Shown piece after piece: positions 18,214 through 26,388 of a stretch of 64,000 bases of DNA. Source of the stretch: a virus. Its lineage: Duplodnaviria > Caudoviricetes. A program made the position numbers and the translations under genes. How positions within the stretch are numbered: position 1 is the first letter of the stretch; every line of letters begins with the position of its first letter. Under the pieces are notes generated by a model. The model was not told where the DNA came from. It saw nothing but the letters and a program-made list of their open reading frames with translations, and searched no databases. The stretch is from the IMG/VR virus record IMGVR_UViG_3300021255_003284, positions 32,001 through 96,000 of that record; one strand, given 5' to 3'.

Positions 18214-18669
18214 TTACGCAATTCTGGTCACAGTCAGATTCGCGTTCTGAACGTTAATCGCTGTGGCGGCAGTTGCCGGCGTCGCGCCGAACGAAGCATT
18301 CTCAACAGAAATGTTGAAGCAGCAACCGCGAGGGATAGTAATGATAGCCGTGCTCGTCACGTTGAAGTACTCATCAACGGCCGCCGGCGTGACGATTGCC
18401 CTGCTGGTCTGGATCTGTTCCCCGTCCAGGGCAAGAGAAACAGCGATCGGGCCGGTAGTCCCATCGGTCGGCACCGCAATGTTCGCATTGAAAGTCACCT
18501 GATACCGCGCGAAACTCCCGCACGCGTTGTTTACGATACCGCGAAGAGTAAGAATGCCTGACCCATCCCTGTGGTATACATAACCACGATTGCAGGGGAT
18601 GGAGTTCTGCAATAATACGTTCTGGTTCGGCTGAACGAGCTGAACCGGATTGTATACATACTCAGCCAT
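18214..18669 (-). CDS. beta-rich hypothetical protein, possibly BclA-C/C1q-like (cluster gene 5)
   Basis: SD AAGGTGG; alternating beta-strand pattern; ends NANLTVTRIA. Confidence 0.65.
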   Translation of the reverse strand: MAEYVYNPVQLVQPNQNVLLQNSIPCNRGYVYHRDGSGILTLRGIVNNACGSFARYQVTFNANIAVPTDGTTGPIAVSLALDGEQIQTSRAIVTPAAVDEYFNVTSTAIITIPRGCCFNISVENASFGATPATAATAINVQNANLTVTRIA

Positions 18670-18681
18670 TATCGCACCACC

Positions 18682-19440
18682 TTACTGACCGCAGCCACAG
18701 CCGCCATACGGCTGGCAGCAATTCGGATTCTGCACGATATACGCGGGACGCGGAGTCGGAAGCACGTACTGCTCGACCTCGTTGGCCAGAGCGCGCTGAC
18801 CGGCCTGGATCGCGGCGGTCTGGACGTCCTGAGAAGCCTGGCCGCGGGCATACATCAGCTCAGAACGCAGCTGCGCGATGATGTCATTCTTCTGCTCGAT
18901 CTTGTCGTTGCACAGCTGATCCTTGATGGACTGGAACCCGTTGTTCATAGCCGTCATGATGTTGTTCGCATTCTGGGCGTCGGCCGTACGAGTGGCACAG
19001 GCTTCGGTCGCAAGGGCGAACTTGGTGTCAGCGGTCGCGGCGCGGTTGTCGCAGCAGCACTGCGCCATCTGGCTCTGCAGTGCGAACATCTGCTGCATGT
19101 CCGCCATCTGACGGGCGTTGGCAGCGATCTCGGCCTGAGAGAAACCGTTGGAAACGCCAGCGAAGCCATTGCACATGGCGGTCTGCACATTACCGAAGCC
19201 GTTCGTCACAGCATTCTGCACACCGTTGATGCCATTCATGACCGCGTTCTGGTCGAAACCGCGCTGCACGTCGTTGTTGGTGTTCATGCCGCCGTTCATG
19301 CCGCCCCAACCGTTGTTGAAGCACAGCAGGAGCAGAATGATCCACCAACCGTCGTTGCCGAAGAAACCATTGCCACCGTAATTGCCGTTACCGTAGGCGG
19401 GAGCGACGGGCATGTACATCGGGGTCGTGTTCTCAGTCAT
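18682..19440 (-). CDS. Gly/Asn-rich TM and coiled-coil protein with CCC motif (cluster gene 4)
   Basis: GNDGWWIILLLL, QCCCDNR, Cys-rich end CCQPYGGCGCG; strong codon bias. Confidence 0.75.
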   Translation of the reverse strand: MTENTTPMYMPVAPAYGNGNYGGNGFFGNDGWWIILLLLCFNNGWGGMNGGMNTNNDVQRGFDQNAVMNGINGVQNAVTNGFGNVQTAMCNGFAGVSNGFSQAEIAANARQMADMQQMFALQSQMAQCCCDNRAATADTKFALATEACATRTADAQNANNIMTAMNNGFQSIKDQLCNDKIEQKNDIIAQLRSELMYARGQASQDVQTAAIQAGQRALANEVEQYVLPTPRPAYIVQNPNCCQPYGGCGCGQ

Positions 19441-19532
19441 TCTCCATCATTCCTTTCTGTAGTTTGGTCGTTTTGTCAGCCTTTCCTTATATACAAAACC
19501 CGCCCCAGCGTGTGGAGCGGGAGTTTGTATCA

Positions 19533-19757
19533 TTATCGCCAGGCAAGCTGGCCGAGCAGCGGACCGATCTTTTGCAGCATCGGTTGACTTACCTGACCGG
19601 ACTGCAAGAGGTGCATGACGATCGTCCGTGAGTCATCAGCCATCCCGTCCGGGATGTTATATCCGGCTTGTCTGGCGATCGACAGGGGATCCATCTGGGT
19701 CGTGTTCTGTGTATTGTACATGTTCATGGTCAGGCTCTCATACAGAGGATTTGCCAT
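19533..19757 (-). CDS. hypothetical protein (cluster gene 3)
   Basis: MANPLY...LLQSGQVSQ; SD AAGGAGG. Confidence 0.65.
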   Translation of the reverse strand: MANPLYESLTMNMYNTQNTTQMDPLSIARQAGYNIPDGMADDSRTIVMHLLQSGQVSQPMLQKIGPLLGQLAWR

Positions 19758-20211
19758 TCCACTTTACCTCCTTGACACTATTGATTGCCGCCTTCAGTTC
19801 TTCCTTGAGGTGCTCAATGTCGTCCTTCGTAGCGTACTGGCTCATATCCTGAACCATCGCGGAAGGCGCTTCCGCGGCAGGCAGCATGGACACATTCTGG
19901 GTCGGCATGCTCTGCTCCATCGTATAGCAGACCTTCTGGATCGGATTGGGCATACCCATCTGGTTGATCGATTTCAAATAGATGACCGTATCGTTCGTAT
20001 CCCACAGCGGCATCGGTACGTTGGCGGGCCAGCCCTGCGGAAGCTGGTATGCCTTAGCACCAACTTCACCGTCGACCCATTCGATGCCGACCTTTTGCTG
20101 CTGAGGCTGCTGCATCGGCTGAGCATAAGAAGCGCCGTTGGACATGGGCGCATAGGCATAATTCATCGTGTTCGGATAGCCGTAGCCGATCATATTGTTG
20201 TAACCAGCCAT
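19738..20211 (-). CDS. Gln-rich hypothetical protein (cluster gene 2)
   Basis: WVDGEVGAKAY...LWD...IYLKS...GMP; C-terminal coiled coil. Confidence 0.7.
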   Translation of the reverse strand: MAGYNNMIGYGYPNTMNYAYAPMSNGASYAQPMQQPQQQKVGIEWVDGEVGAKAYQLPQGWPANVPMPLWDTNDTVIYLKSINQMGMPNPIQKVCYTMEQSMPTQNVSMLPAAEAPSAMVQDMSQYATKDDIEHLKEELKAAINSVKEVKWNGKSSV

Positions 20212-20212
20212 A

Positions 20213-20587
20213 TCAAATCACCCTCCAAAAATAACTCGCGACCTGATCTCCTGAGTTGTAGGAGTCATAGTACCACCCATCTATCACGGCGACAGCATGT
20301 GACCCGGTGCCGATGATATAGGTTCCTTTCGGAAACAGCTTGCAAAAATCGCGTATCGTAATACATTTGGGACATCTGTCAGGCAGGATGAATGGCTCAA
20401 ATCCCAGCCTGTACAAATACAGACCCCAGACCGCATCCGCATTGGGCATATCGTATTCTTCACGTCCGGTCAGATATATGTCGTCATATACATCGAGCCA
20501 CGATCGCCCCGTGGCGACGCTGATGGCTCGCACGACGCAGTCGCCCACATTCTTCCCGGCCGGATTGACATTCAACTTTTTCCACAT
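20213..20587 (-). CDS. putative papain-like/C39-type cysteine peptidase (cluster gene 1)
   Basis: NP.G..VGDCVVRAI...HAVAVIDG.YYDS gives a Cys-His-Asp set. Confidence 0.6.
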   Translation of the reverse strand: MWKKLNVNPAGKNVGDCVVRAISVATGRSWLDVYDDIYLTGREEYDMPNADAVWGLYLYRLGFEPFILPDRCPKCITIRDFCKLFPKGTYIIGTGSHAVAVIDGWYYDSYNSGDQVASYFWRVI

Positions 20588-20591
20588 TTCT

Positions 20592-20780
20592 TCATAGCAT
20601 GAATAACCGGTCGGTTTCAGCTCTCGTAAAAGGCATTCCTGGTCTATTCATCAGGATTACTGACGGCGTTCGCCGCATATAAACCATCTGTCGCTCACTG
20701 CCATAATGGGGTTGACGATCTCGCACCGCGTCCAAATGGTGTTCAGCGATCTGCTGATCAGTGAATAGCATTTTAACCAT
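20592..20780 (-). CDS. small hypothetical protein
   Basis: SD GAGGAG upstream; no recognisable motif. Confidence 0.4.
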   Translation of the reverse strand: MVKMLFTDQQIAEHHLDAVRDRQPHYGSERQMVYMRRTPSVILMNRPGMPFTRAETDRLFML

Positions 20781-20827
20781 TTAATCACTCTCCTCTTGCC
20801 GGCTTAAAGTGTTAAATAAGTCTGTAA

Positions 20828-23800
20828 TCAATTCTTGTGGCAAAAATATAAATCGTTATTCTTTGGATCATACATTGTTGGTTCTTTCCCACTGTTCACA
20901 TATTCGGCGACATTGATTCCTGCATACCTGCCAATTTCATTATACGCCGCCTGATAATAGTGATACTGATCTTTCATCAATCCACGGGATTTATATGATG
21001 TTAGAATCGTTGTTGCCATAACAGTATCGTCCCTGTCCTGTGCAATGTCAGTCTGGGCGTTGATGATGTCAGAATAATCATAATCCGTACCGTTAAATTC
21101 CCCAATCCGAATCAGGAAACACTTCTCAATCCCGGCATTTTTCATGGTCACCATAATATCATCAAAATACGTTTTATACTGGTCACCAGTTACCCCGAGC
21201 CTGGTATCACTTTCGCCCTGACACCACAGCATGAACTTATGTCGGATCGTGTATCCGTTGTTTGTCAGATACGTTACAGCATCAGACAACCGCTGGAGCG
21301 CGTCCGTCAGGTTTTCAGACCCTGTTATCCACGATTGGATGCCAGTGCCGCCTTCACTTGCGCTGATGCCAATAACAGGCACACCAGTGTGCATATAGTA
21401 TTCATTGACAAATGCAACGGCAAGCCCCCCGGTTTTGTTTCCGCCATCTGGTGCGCTGCCTCCGTCATCAATCCCGCCAGTTTTGTTTTCAAATTTGCCA
21501 AACGGCTCCGCCATTGGGTAAAGTCTTGTTTTGTCGGTTATAGCTCTAAATTCAAGGCCGGCACTCGGTATAATGTGTGGATATGATTCTGGCCATGTGC
21601 TGTTAGTCACTCCACGTCCAGCCATGTTTGACTGTCCTGCAAAAAGAAACAGATCAACAATTCTATTTCTGTCAATCACATAACAGCATTTATCTACATT
21701 GGCCGGGTCAACGTTGTTTGAATCGTTCGTTTTGTCCTTAAACTGCAATAGCACAACATAATTATTCATACCGTTGGTGTCAATAATCATTTTCCCGGTT
21801 GTGTTCCACCCCGTGTTTGGAACAAGCAACGTTTTCTTTGTCGCCTTGTCCACTATCATATATGTACCAGCATATACAGAATTATCAAAATACACTATAG
21901 CGCCATCATTCAACGTTATTTCACATAATGCCCGAATATTACTGTCAACAATCCCCGTGCTAGAAATAAACGTTTTCCCGGAAAACCGATACCCCTTGAC
22001 ATAATAATATTGGTTATCCGCATTAACAGGAGAAATATGTTTGACATCATACGCATTTTCTGTGAGCCGTTCATCAGTTTCCTGTTTCGTAAGGGTCGTC
22101 ATGATAATCGGCTTGGAGATTACATCTGTATATGATGCGCCGTTTGTGATCGAAAGGCGGACTATACATCCTGTCGCATTTGCAGATAACTTAACGGCCT
22201 TTGTGCCATACCCTGGAATGTTGGCGATTTCTGAGTAACTGCTCCCCACACGCTCATAAAGCCGGAAAATGATGTTGCTGTTAGCGCAATCATGCACCAA
22301 AAACAATTCATCGCCAGCACCGAATCCGCTCGGAAATGCGTTTGCATTATTATATATGTCGTAATGCGTTAAACCGCTCCCGGTAGATGAGCCGTTGATG
22401 GTGTAATTGCCCATTCCGTCCGCAACTATGGTAAAACTTCCCGGTCTGTACGTACCATTCGAAATAGGGGCATGATTCGCCGCGCCGTAAACATCAATGG
22501 CGCTCTTTAAGTCACCAACCTTCGCCGCATCTGCCGCCGCTCCCGCCACAGACAGCGTGTCGTCGACGACATATCCCGTAGCCGGATCGACGTGGTCATC
22601 GAGCCAATCGGACACAGCATCGCTGACGCCCGCCGTCAAATCAACGGGGTTGGGATTCTGCCGCCCGCCGTCGTTCGCCCACGATATAACGCCCGCACTC
22701 GATACAGCGGGAGTGAACGTCACGCCGTCATCGCCATCCGTGCCGCTCGCGCCATCGTTGATCGTGGCGACACCCGTGCCGTCGACACTGATCGTCGTGA
22801 TCGTGCCTGACTTGCTGGCTGTGATGACAGGCGTGTGACCGTCAGTGCCGTCCGCACCATCCTTCCCCGCTGGACCGCGCTGCCCTTCGGAGCCATCCAT
22901 CACATCGAAGCTATGTGCCCCTGTCGCGTCGGTGATCGTTACCCTGTGGCCGCCGGTAATATCCGTGATTGTAATGATAGGGGACACACCGTCCTGACCG
23001 GCCGGCCCAGCCGCTCCCTCCGGACCGGGCGGGCCGTCAACACCGTCGACGACGTCGGTCATCGTGATACCGTATAAGTCGGAAACCACGATGGTTGATG
23101 TGTTGCCTTCCTTTGTCACATATGCAATCGGGCTGAAGCCCTCCGGACCCGCCGGCCCAGTATCGCCTTTTTCGCCGCGCGCGCCCTGATCGCCGCGAAC
23201 ACCTCTCGGGCCGGTATCGCCCTTAACGCCCTGCAGCCCGCGTTCGCCGCGCGGCCCCTGTTCGCCCGTGTCGCCCTTCTCGCCGTGAGGGATACCGAAC
23301 GTAATAACGCCGGCGTTATAATCCGCCGTCGCAGCCGAACCCGGTTCAAGCGTGATCGCGTTGGCCGTAATACCGCGCAGTTCGTCGGCAAGCGCCTCTC
23401 GCGCTTCTTCTGCGGCCTGTCGCGCCGTCTCGTTTGTTTGCCTGGCGTTTTCATCTGACACGCGCCGCTCTTCCGCGCTGATGCGCTGCGCCTCTGCCGT
23501 TCGTCTCTCGGCTTCATCGCTGACGCGCAAAGCTTCACTGTCCCTCCGCTCGATTTCAGCTTCGACACGGCGTTCCTCAGCGGCCAGTCTGTCACCCTCG
23601 GAGGCGATGCGCATCGTCTCGCCGGATAGGCGCGCGTCTTCATTATCTTCGCGCTCGAGCTCTGCCGATACGCGCTCAGCTTCGCCGCTTATGCGTTCAG
23701 CCTCATTCTGTACGCGGATAACCTCTGCGCTGATTCGCGCTTCTTCGGCCGCGATCCGATCTTCTTCCCGCTGCAATCGATCCTCTTCCGCGCTCACGCG

Positions 23801-24220
23801 CACGCTCTCCGCACGGATAGCCTTTTCCATCTGCGCGTACATGATTTCAAAGGCGCTCTGCTGCTCGGGAGTAACCTCGTCATAATTTGGCTTCGGCCTC
23901 TCGTGCACGGGAATGACGGCTGTATAAGCTGTCTCGCCGTCGTCAAGATCGTCATGCAGATATACGAATGCGTAAACAGGCTTGCCGCTTTCAAACATGA
24001 TGTTCGGAACGACGACGCCGTCGCTCGTCCCTGTTTGCGATACGGCGTCCCCGCCCGTCGCGCTGTTCGAGAAATGCACCTCGTAGGCTTCTGGGAGCGA
24101 TATGCCGTCAAATCGAAGGACGATGCCGTAATCCCATTGCCAGAGGCTTCTGGCGACAGACGATGTCTTGCCCGCCCTGAATGACGCGGTCACGACATGT
24201 CTGAATTCCGCTTCCGCCAT
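20828..24220 (-). CDS. tail fibre/receptor-binding protein: BppU-like N-terminus, coiled coil, collagen-like repeats, C-terminal SASA/CE6-type SGNH acetylesterase
   Basis: LWQWDY...VHFSN; E..R heptad repeats; GXY triplets; GQSNM...QGESD...DQYH. Confidence 0.8.
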   Translation of the reverse strand: MAEAEFRHVVTASFRAGKTSSVARSLWQWDYGIVLRFDGISLPEAYEVHFSNSATGGDAVSQTGTSDGVVVPNIMFESGKPVYAFVYLHDDLDDGETAYTAVIPVHERPKPNYDEVTPEQQSAFEIMYAQMEKAIRAESVRVSAEEDRLQREEDRIAAEEARISAEVIRVQNEAERISGEAERVSAELEREDNEDARLSGETMRIASEGDRLAAEERRVEAEIERRDSEALRVSDEAERRTAEAQRISAEERRVSDENARQTNETARQAAEEAREALADELRGITANAITLEPGSAATADYNAGVITFGIPHGEKGDTGEQGPRGERGLQGVKGDTGPRGVRGDQGARGEKGDTGPAGPEGFSPIAYVTKEGNTSTIVVSDLYGITMTDVVDGVDGPPGPEGAAGPAGQDGVSPIITITDITGGHRVTITDATGAHSFDVMDGSEGQRGPAGKDGADGTDGHTPVITASKSGTITTISVDGTGVATINDGASGTDGDDGVTFTPAVSSAGVISWANDGGRQNPNPVDLTAGVSDAVSDWLDDHVDPATGYVVDDTLSVAGAAADAAKVGDLKSAIDVYGAANHAPISNGTYRPGSFTIVADGMGNYTINGSSTGSGLTHYDIYNNANAFPSGFGAGDELFLVHDCANSNIIFRLYERVGSSYSEIANIPGYGTKAVKLSANATGCIVRLSITNGASYTDVISKPIIMTTLTKQETDERLTENAYDVKHISPVNADNQYYYVKGYRFSGKTFISSTGIVDSNIRALCEITLNDGAIVYFDNSVYAGTYMIVDKATKKTLLVPNTGWNTTGKMIIDTNGMNNYVVLLQFKDKTNDSNNVDPANVDKCCYVIDRNRIVDLFLFAGQSNMAGRGVTNSTWPESYPHIIPSAGLEFRAITDKTRLYPMAEPFGKFENKTGGIDDGGSAPDGGNKTGGLAVAFVNEYYMHTGVPVIGISASEGGTGIQSWITGSENLTDALQRLSDAVTYLTNNGYTIRHKFMLWCQGESDTRLGVTGDQYKTYFDDIMVTMKNAGIEKCFLIRIGEFNGTDYDYSDIINAQTDIAQDRDDTVMATTILTSYKSRGLMKDQYHYYQAAYNEIGRYAGINVAEYVNSGKEPTMYDPKNNDLYFCHKN
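22492..22521. repeat. 30-bp junction repeat, copy 1 (encodes DLKSAID)
   Basis: 29/30 identical to 28011-28040; marks the switch from high to low GC within the gene. Confidence 0.85.
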
Positions 24221-24355
24221 GGCTATCAGCTCCTTTCGTTTTATATATACTGATAAGGCCGGCGCTGACTGAGCGCCGGTTTGCTTGCTGTTTTATCAAG
24301 GGACACTGCGGGCGGTCGTTTGACCAGCCCGCAGCTGTCTGATTATTGTACCTGA

Positions 24356-24670
24356 TCAACGACCGCCTTCGCTTGCACCGATCTGGTCGATGCGCTTGTT
24401 GAGCCACACGATCTGCTCTTCGACCACAGGCATCCTGCGGGCGAAGTTGTTGTGCTCTCGCACTTCACGCGTCAACTCATCGATCTTCGTGTCGGTAACG
24501 GCCTGCCACTTTTCTATTTTATCGTCGAGCGCCTTGTCGGCCAGCTCGCTTTGCTTATCCAGCTTCGTATACAGATCTTTACTGTTTTGCTTTGATATAA
24601 ATATCTGTGATATGATCGCGCAGACTCCGGTGATCAGCGCGACAACAATCGCCTCTGTCACGCCCATCAT
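24356..24670 (-). CDS. holin-like membrane protein
   Basis: One N-terminal TM segment plus coiled coil; ATGA-coupled to the endolysin stop. Confidence 0.55.
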   Translation of the reverse strand: MMGVTEAIVVALITGVCAIISQIFISKQNSKDLYTKLDKQSELADKALDDKIEKWQAVTDTKIDELTREVREHNNFARRMPVVEEQIVWLNKRIDQIGASEGGR

Positions 24671-26220
24671 CCTTTCGCGATCTCACTTCTGGGGTACTTC
24701 GCCATCAACTCTTCTACCTCGGCCCGGCTCAGGTCGTATATGACCAGCGTATAGTACGCGGCCGGGTCGGCCGGCGCTGTCACGACCGGCTCATTGGGTT
24801 CGATGTTCGGAGTAGCGGCTGTGTCATTTTCGCCGTTCTCTTCATCCTGTTTCGGCATGGCCGCTTTGATCGCGGCGATCGTTGCCTTACCGGCGACACC
24901 GTCTGCTTCCAGATCATGATCTTTTTGAAACTGCGTGATCGCAGCGATCGTCTCGCCGCCGCAATCGCCGTCCGCGCCGTAACGCGGAAGAGCGTATCCA
25001 AGTGCGATCAGTGCCTCCTGAAGTTCTTTGACGTCAGACCCCTTAACGCCTTTCTTGATCGTCCTCGCCCCAAGCTTCGAGCCGCCGATCGTACCGATTC
25101 CGACGTATTCGATCATCGTGCTCGGCAGGCGTCCCCATTCGGTCCACGGGCCGTCCGTCACTTTATTGCGCACACAATCATACGCGAATCCTTTCATTTC
25201 AACCGTATAACCGCCGCCTACATATACGCCGATATGCCCGGGCTTATGCACGACCAACCCGGGGATGTCCGGGATCGTGCTGATCTGACCCGTCTCGTCG
25301 CACAGCGCGAACAGGCCGTCGGCGCTTCTGTCGGGGCAGCCGTTGCTCTGATACGTGTTCTTGCCATTGATGTTCCCGTTCTTCCAGAAAAATGATTTGA
25401 TCATTCCGACACAGTCGGCGCACATCTTCCCATTTGCGATATCCTTCATATACCCGCTCGTCCTGTCGGACGTATAATGTTCCGGATATTGCTGGCGCTT
25501 GCTGTTGTACAGTGACTGCGTACACTGGTAACCGCATGAACCGTACCAGTATACCCACGCGGCCTCATACACCTGTTCGCAATAATTGGCCAGCTCCAGA
25601 TTCGTAGGCATTCCTGTCTCCCCCTTTATAGCGCGATCATCGGCGAACCACTGAAGCACCCGCCCGCCGCGATACGCGTTCAGGTCGACATTGCCATCGA
25701 TACCGGCTACGCACCCTTTGCTCGTATACTGCCACAGGTCGCACGCCTGCGTCGGCGCGTATGATTCGTTGATCGTTCCGTCGTCCTTGCCCCAGCGCGG
25801 AATCCACACGATGTCACACAGCGCTTTGGCCGATCCGATCCAGTTGATATGAGGCTGACCGACATACATGCCGATCCTCTTTATGCCGCGTTCTCTGAGG
25901 CGCGTCAGAAACGCTATGCATATATCTTCCGTATTGGATGCCGTCTGCGCCTCATATTCGACATCCAATATATAGAATGCTGGCTTGCCCGCGCTCGCGC
26001 ACTGCACAAACCAATCGGCCTCGTCTCGCGCGGCCGCAGTGGATGACGCCTTGATGTAGTGATACACGCCGTACGGCAAACCGCACTGTGCGGCGTTCGT
26101 CTTATACTTGGCATCCTCTTTCATACCGACAGACGCACGGAATATGACCATCTCAAGCTCAGTCCGGGCCTTCGCCCAGTCAATGGTGCCGTTCCACGCG
26201 CTGATGTCCGCGATTTTCAT
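24667..26220 (-). CDS. endolysin: GH25 muramidase, NlpC/P60-CHAP-like peptidase and PG-binding domain
   Basis: DISAWNG, LDVE, WQYTS.G...GIDGNVDLN; DCVG...GHIGVY; GSDVKELQ..L...FQ....L.ADG.AG..T. Confidence 0.88.
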   Translation of the reverse strand: MKIADISAWNGTIDWAKARTELEMVIFRASVGMKEDAKYKTNAAQCGLPYGVYHYIKASSTAAARDEADWFVQCASAGKPAFYILDVEYEAQTASNTEDICIAFLTRLRERGIKRIGMYVGQPHINWIGSAKALCDIVWIPRWGKDDGTINESYAPTQACDLWQYTSKGCVAGIDGNVDLNAYRGGRVLQWFADDRAIKGETGMPTNLELANYCEQVYEAAWVYWYGSCGYQCTQSLYNSKRQQYPEHYTSDRTSGYMKDIANGKMCADCVGMIKSFFWKNGNINGKNTYQSNGCPDRSADGLFALCDETGQISTIPDIPGLVVHKPGHIGVYVGGGYTVEMKGFAYDCVRNKVTDGPWTEWGRLPSTMIEYVGIGTIGGSKLGARTIKKGVKGSDVKELQEALIALGYALPRYGADGDCGGETIAAITQFQKDHDLEADGVAGKATIAAIKAAMPKQDEENGENDTAATPNIEPNEPVVTAPADPAAYYTLVIYDLSRAEVEELMAKYPRSEIAKG

Positions 26221-26388
26221 TCGCCCGATCACCGCCTCTCCGTTTATATACCGGGCGACTTCTGCCGCCCGGCATTGATGACTCGGCTCGGCATGGCTAT
26301 GATTACGTAGTGATTGCGCCTCTTTTGTTGCGCTTACCTTTTAACCGCCCATGCTCTCGCCGCTTTACTGACTCAAAGTGTTATTTAA

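Noticed and set aside
22990-23800. Collagen-like GXY and E..R heptad repeats as a novel repeat element
   Set aside because: These are ordinary protein-level stalk repeats of phage tail fibres.
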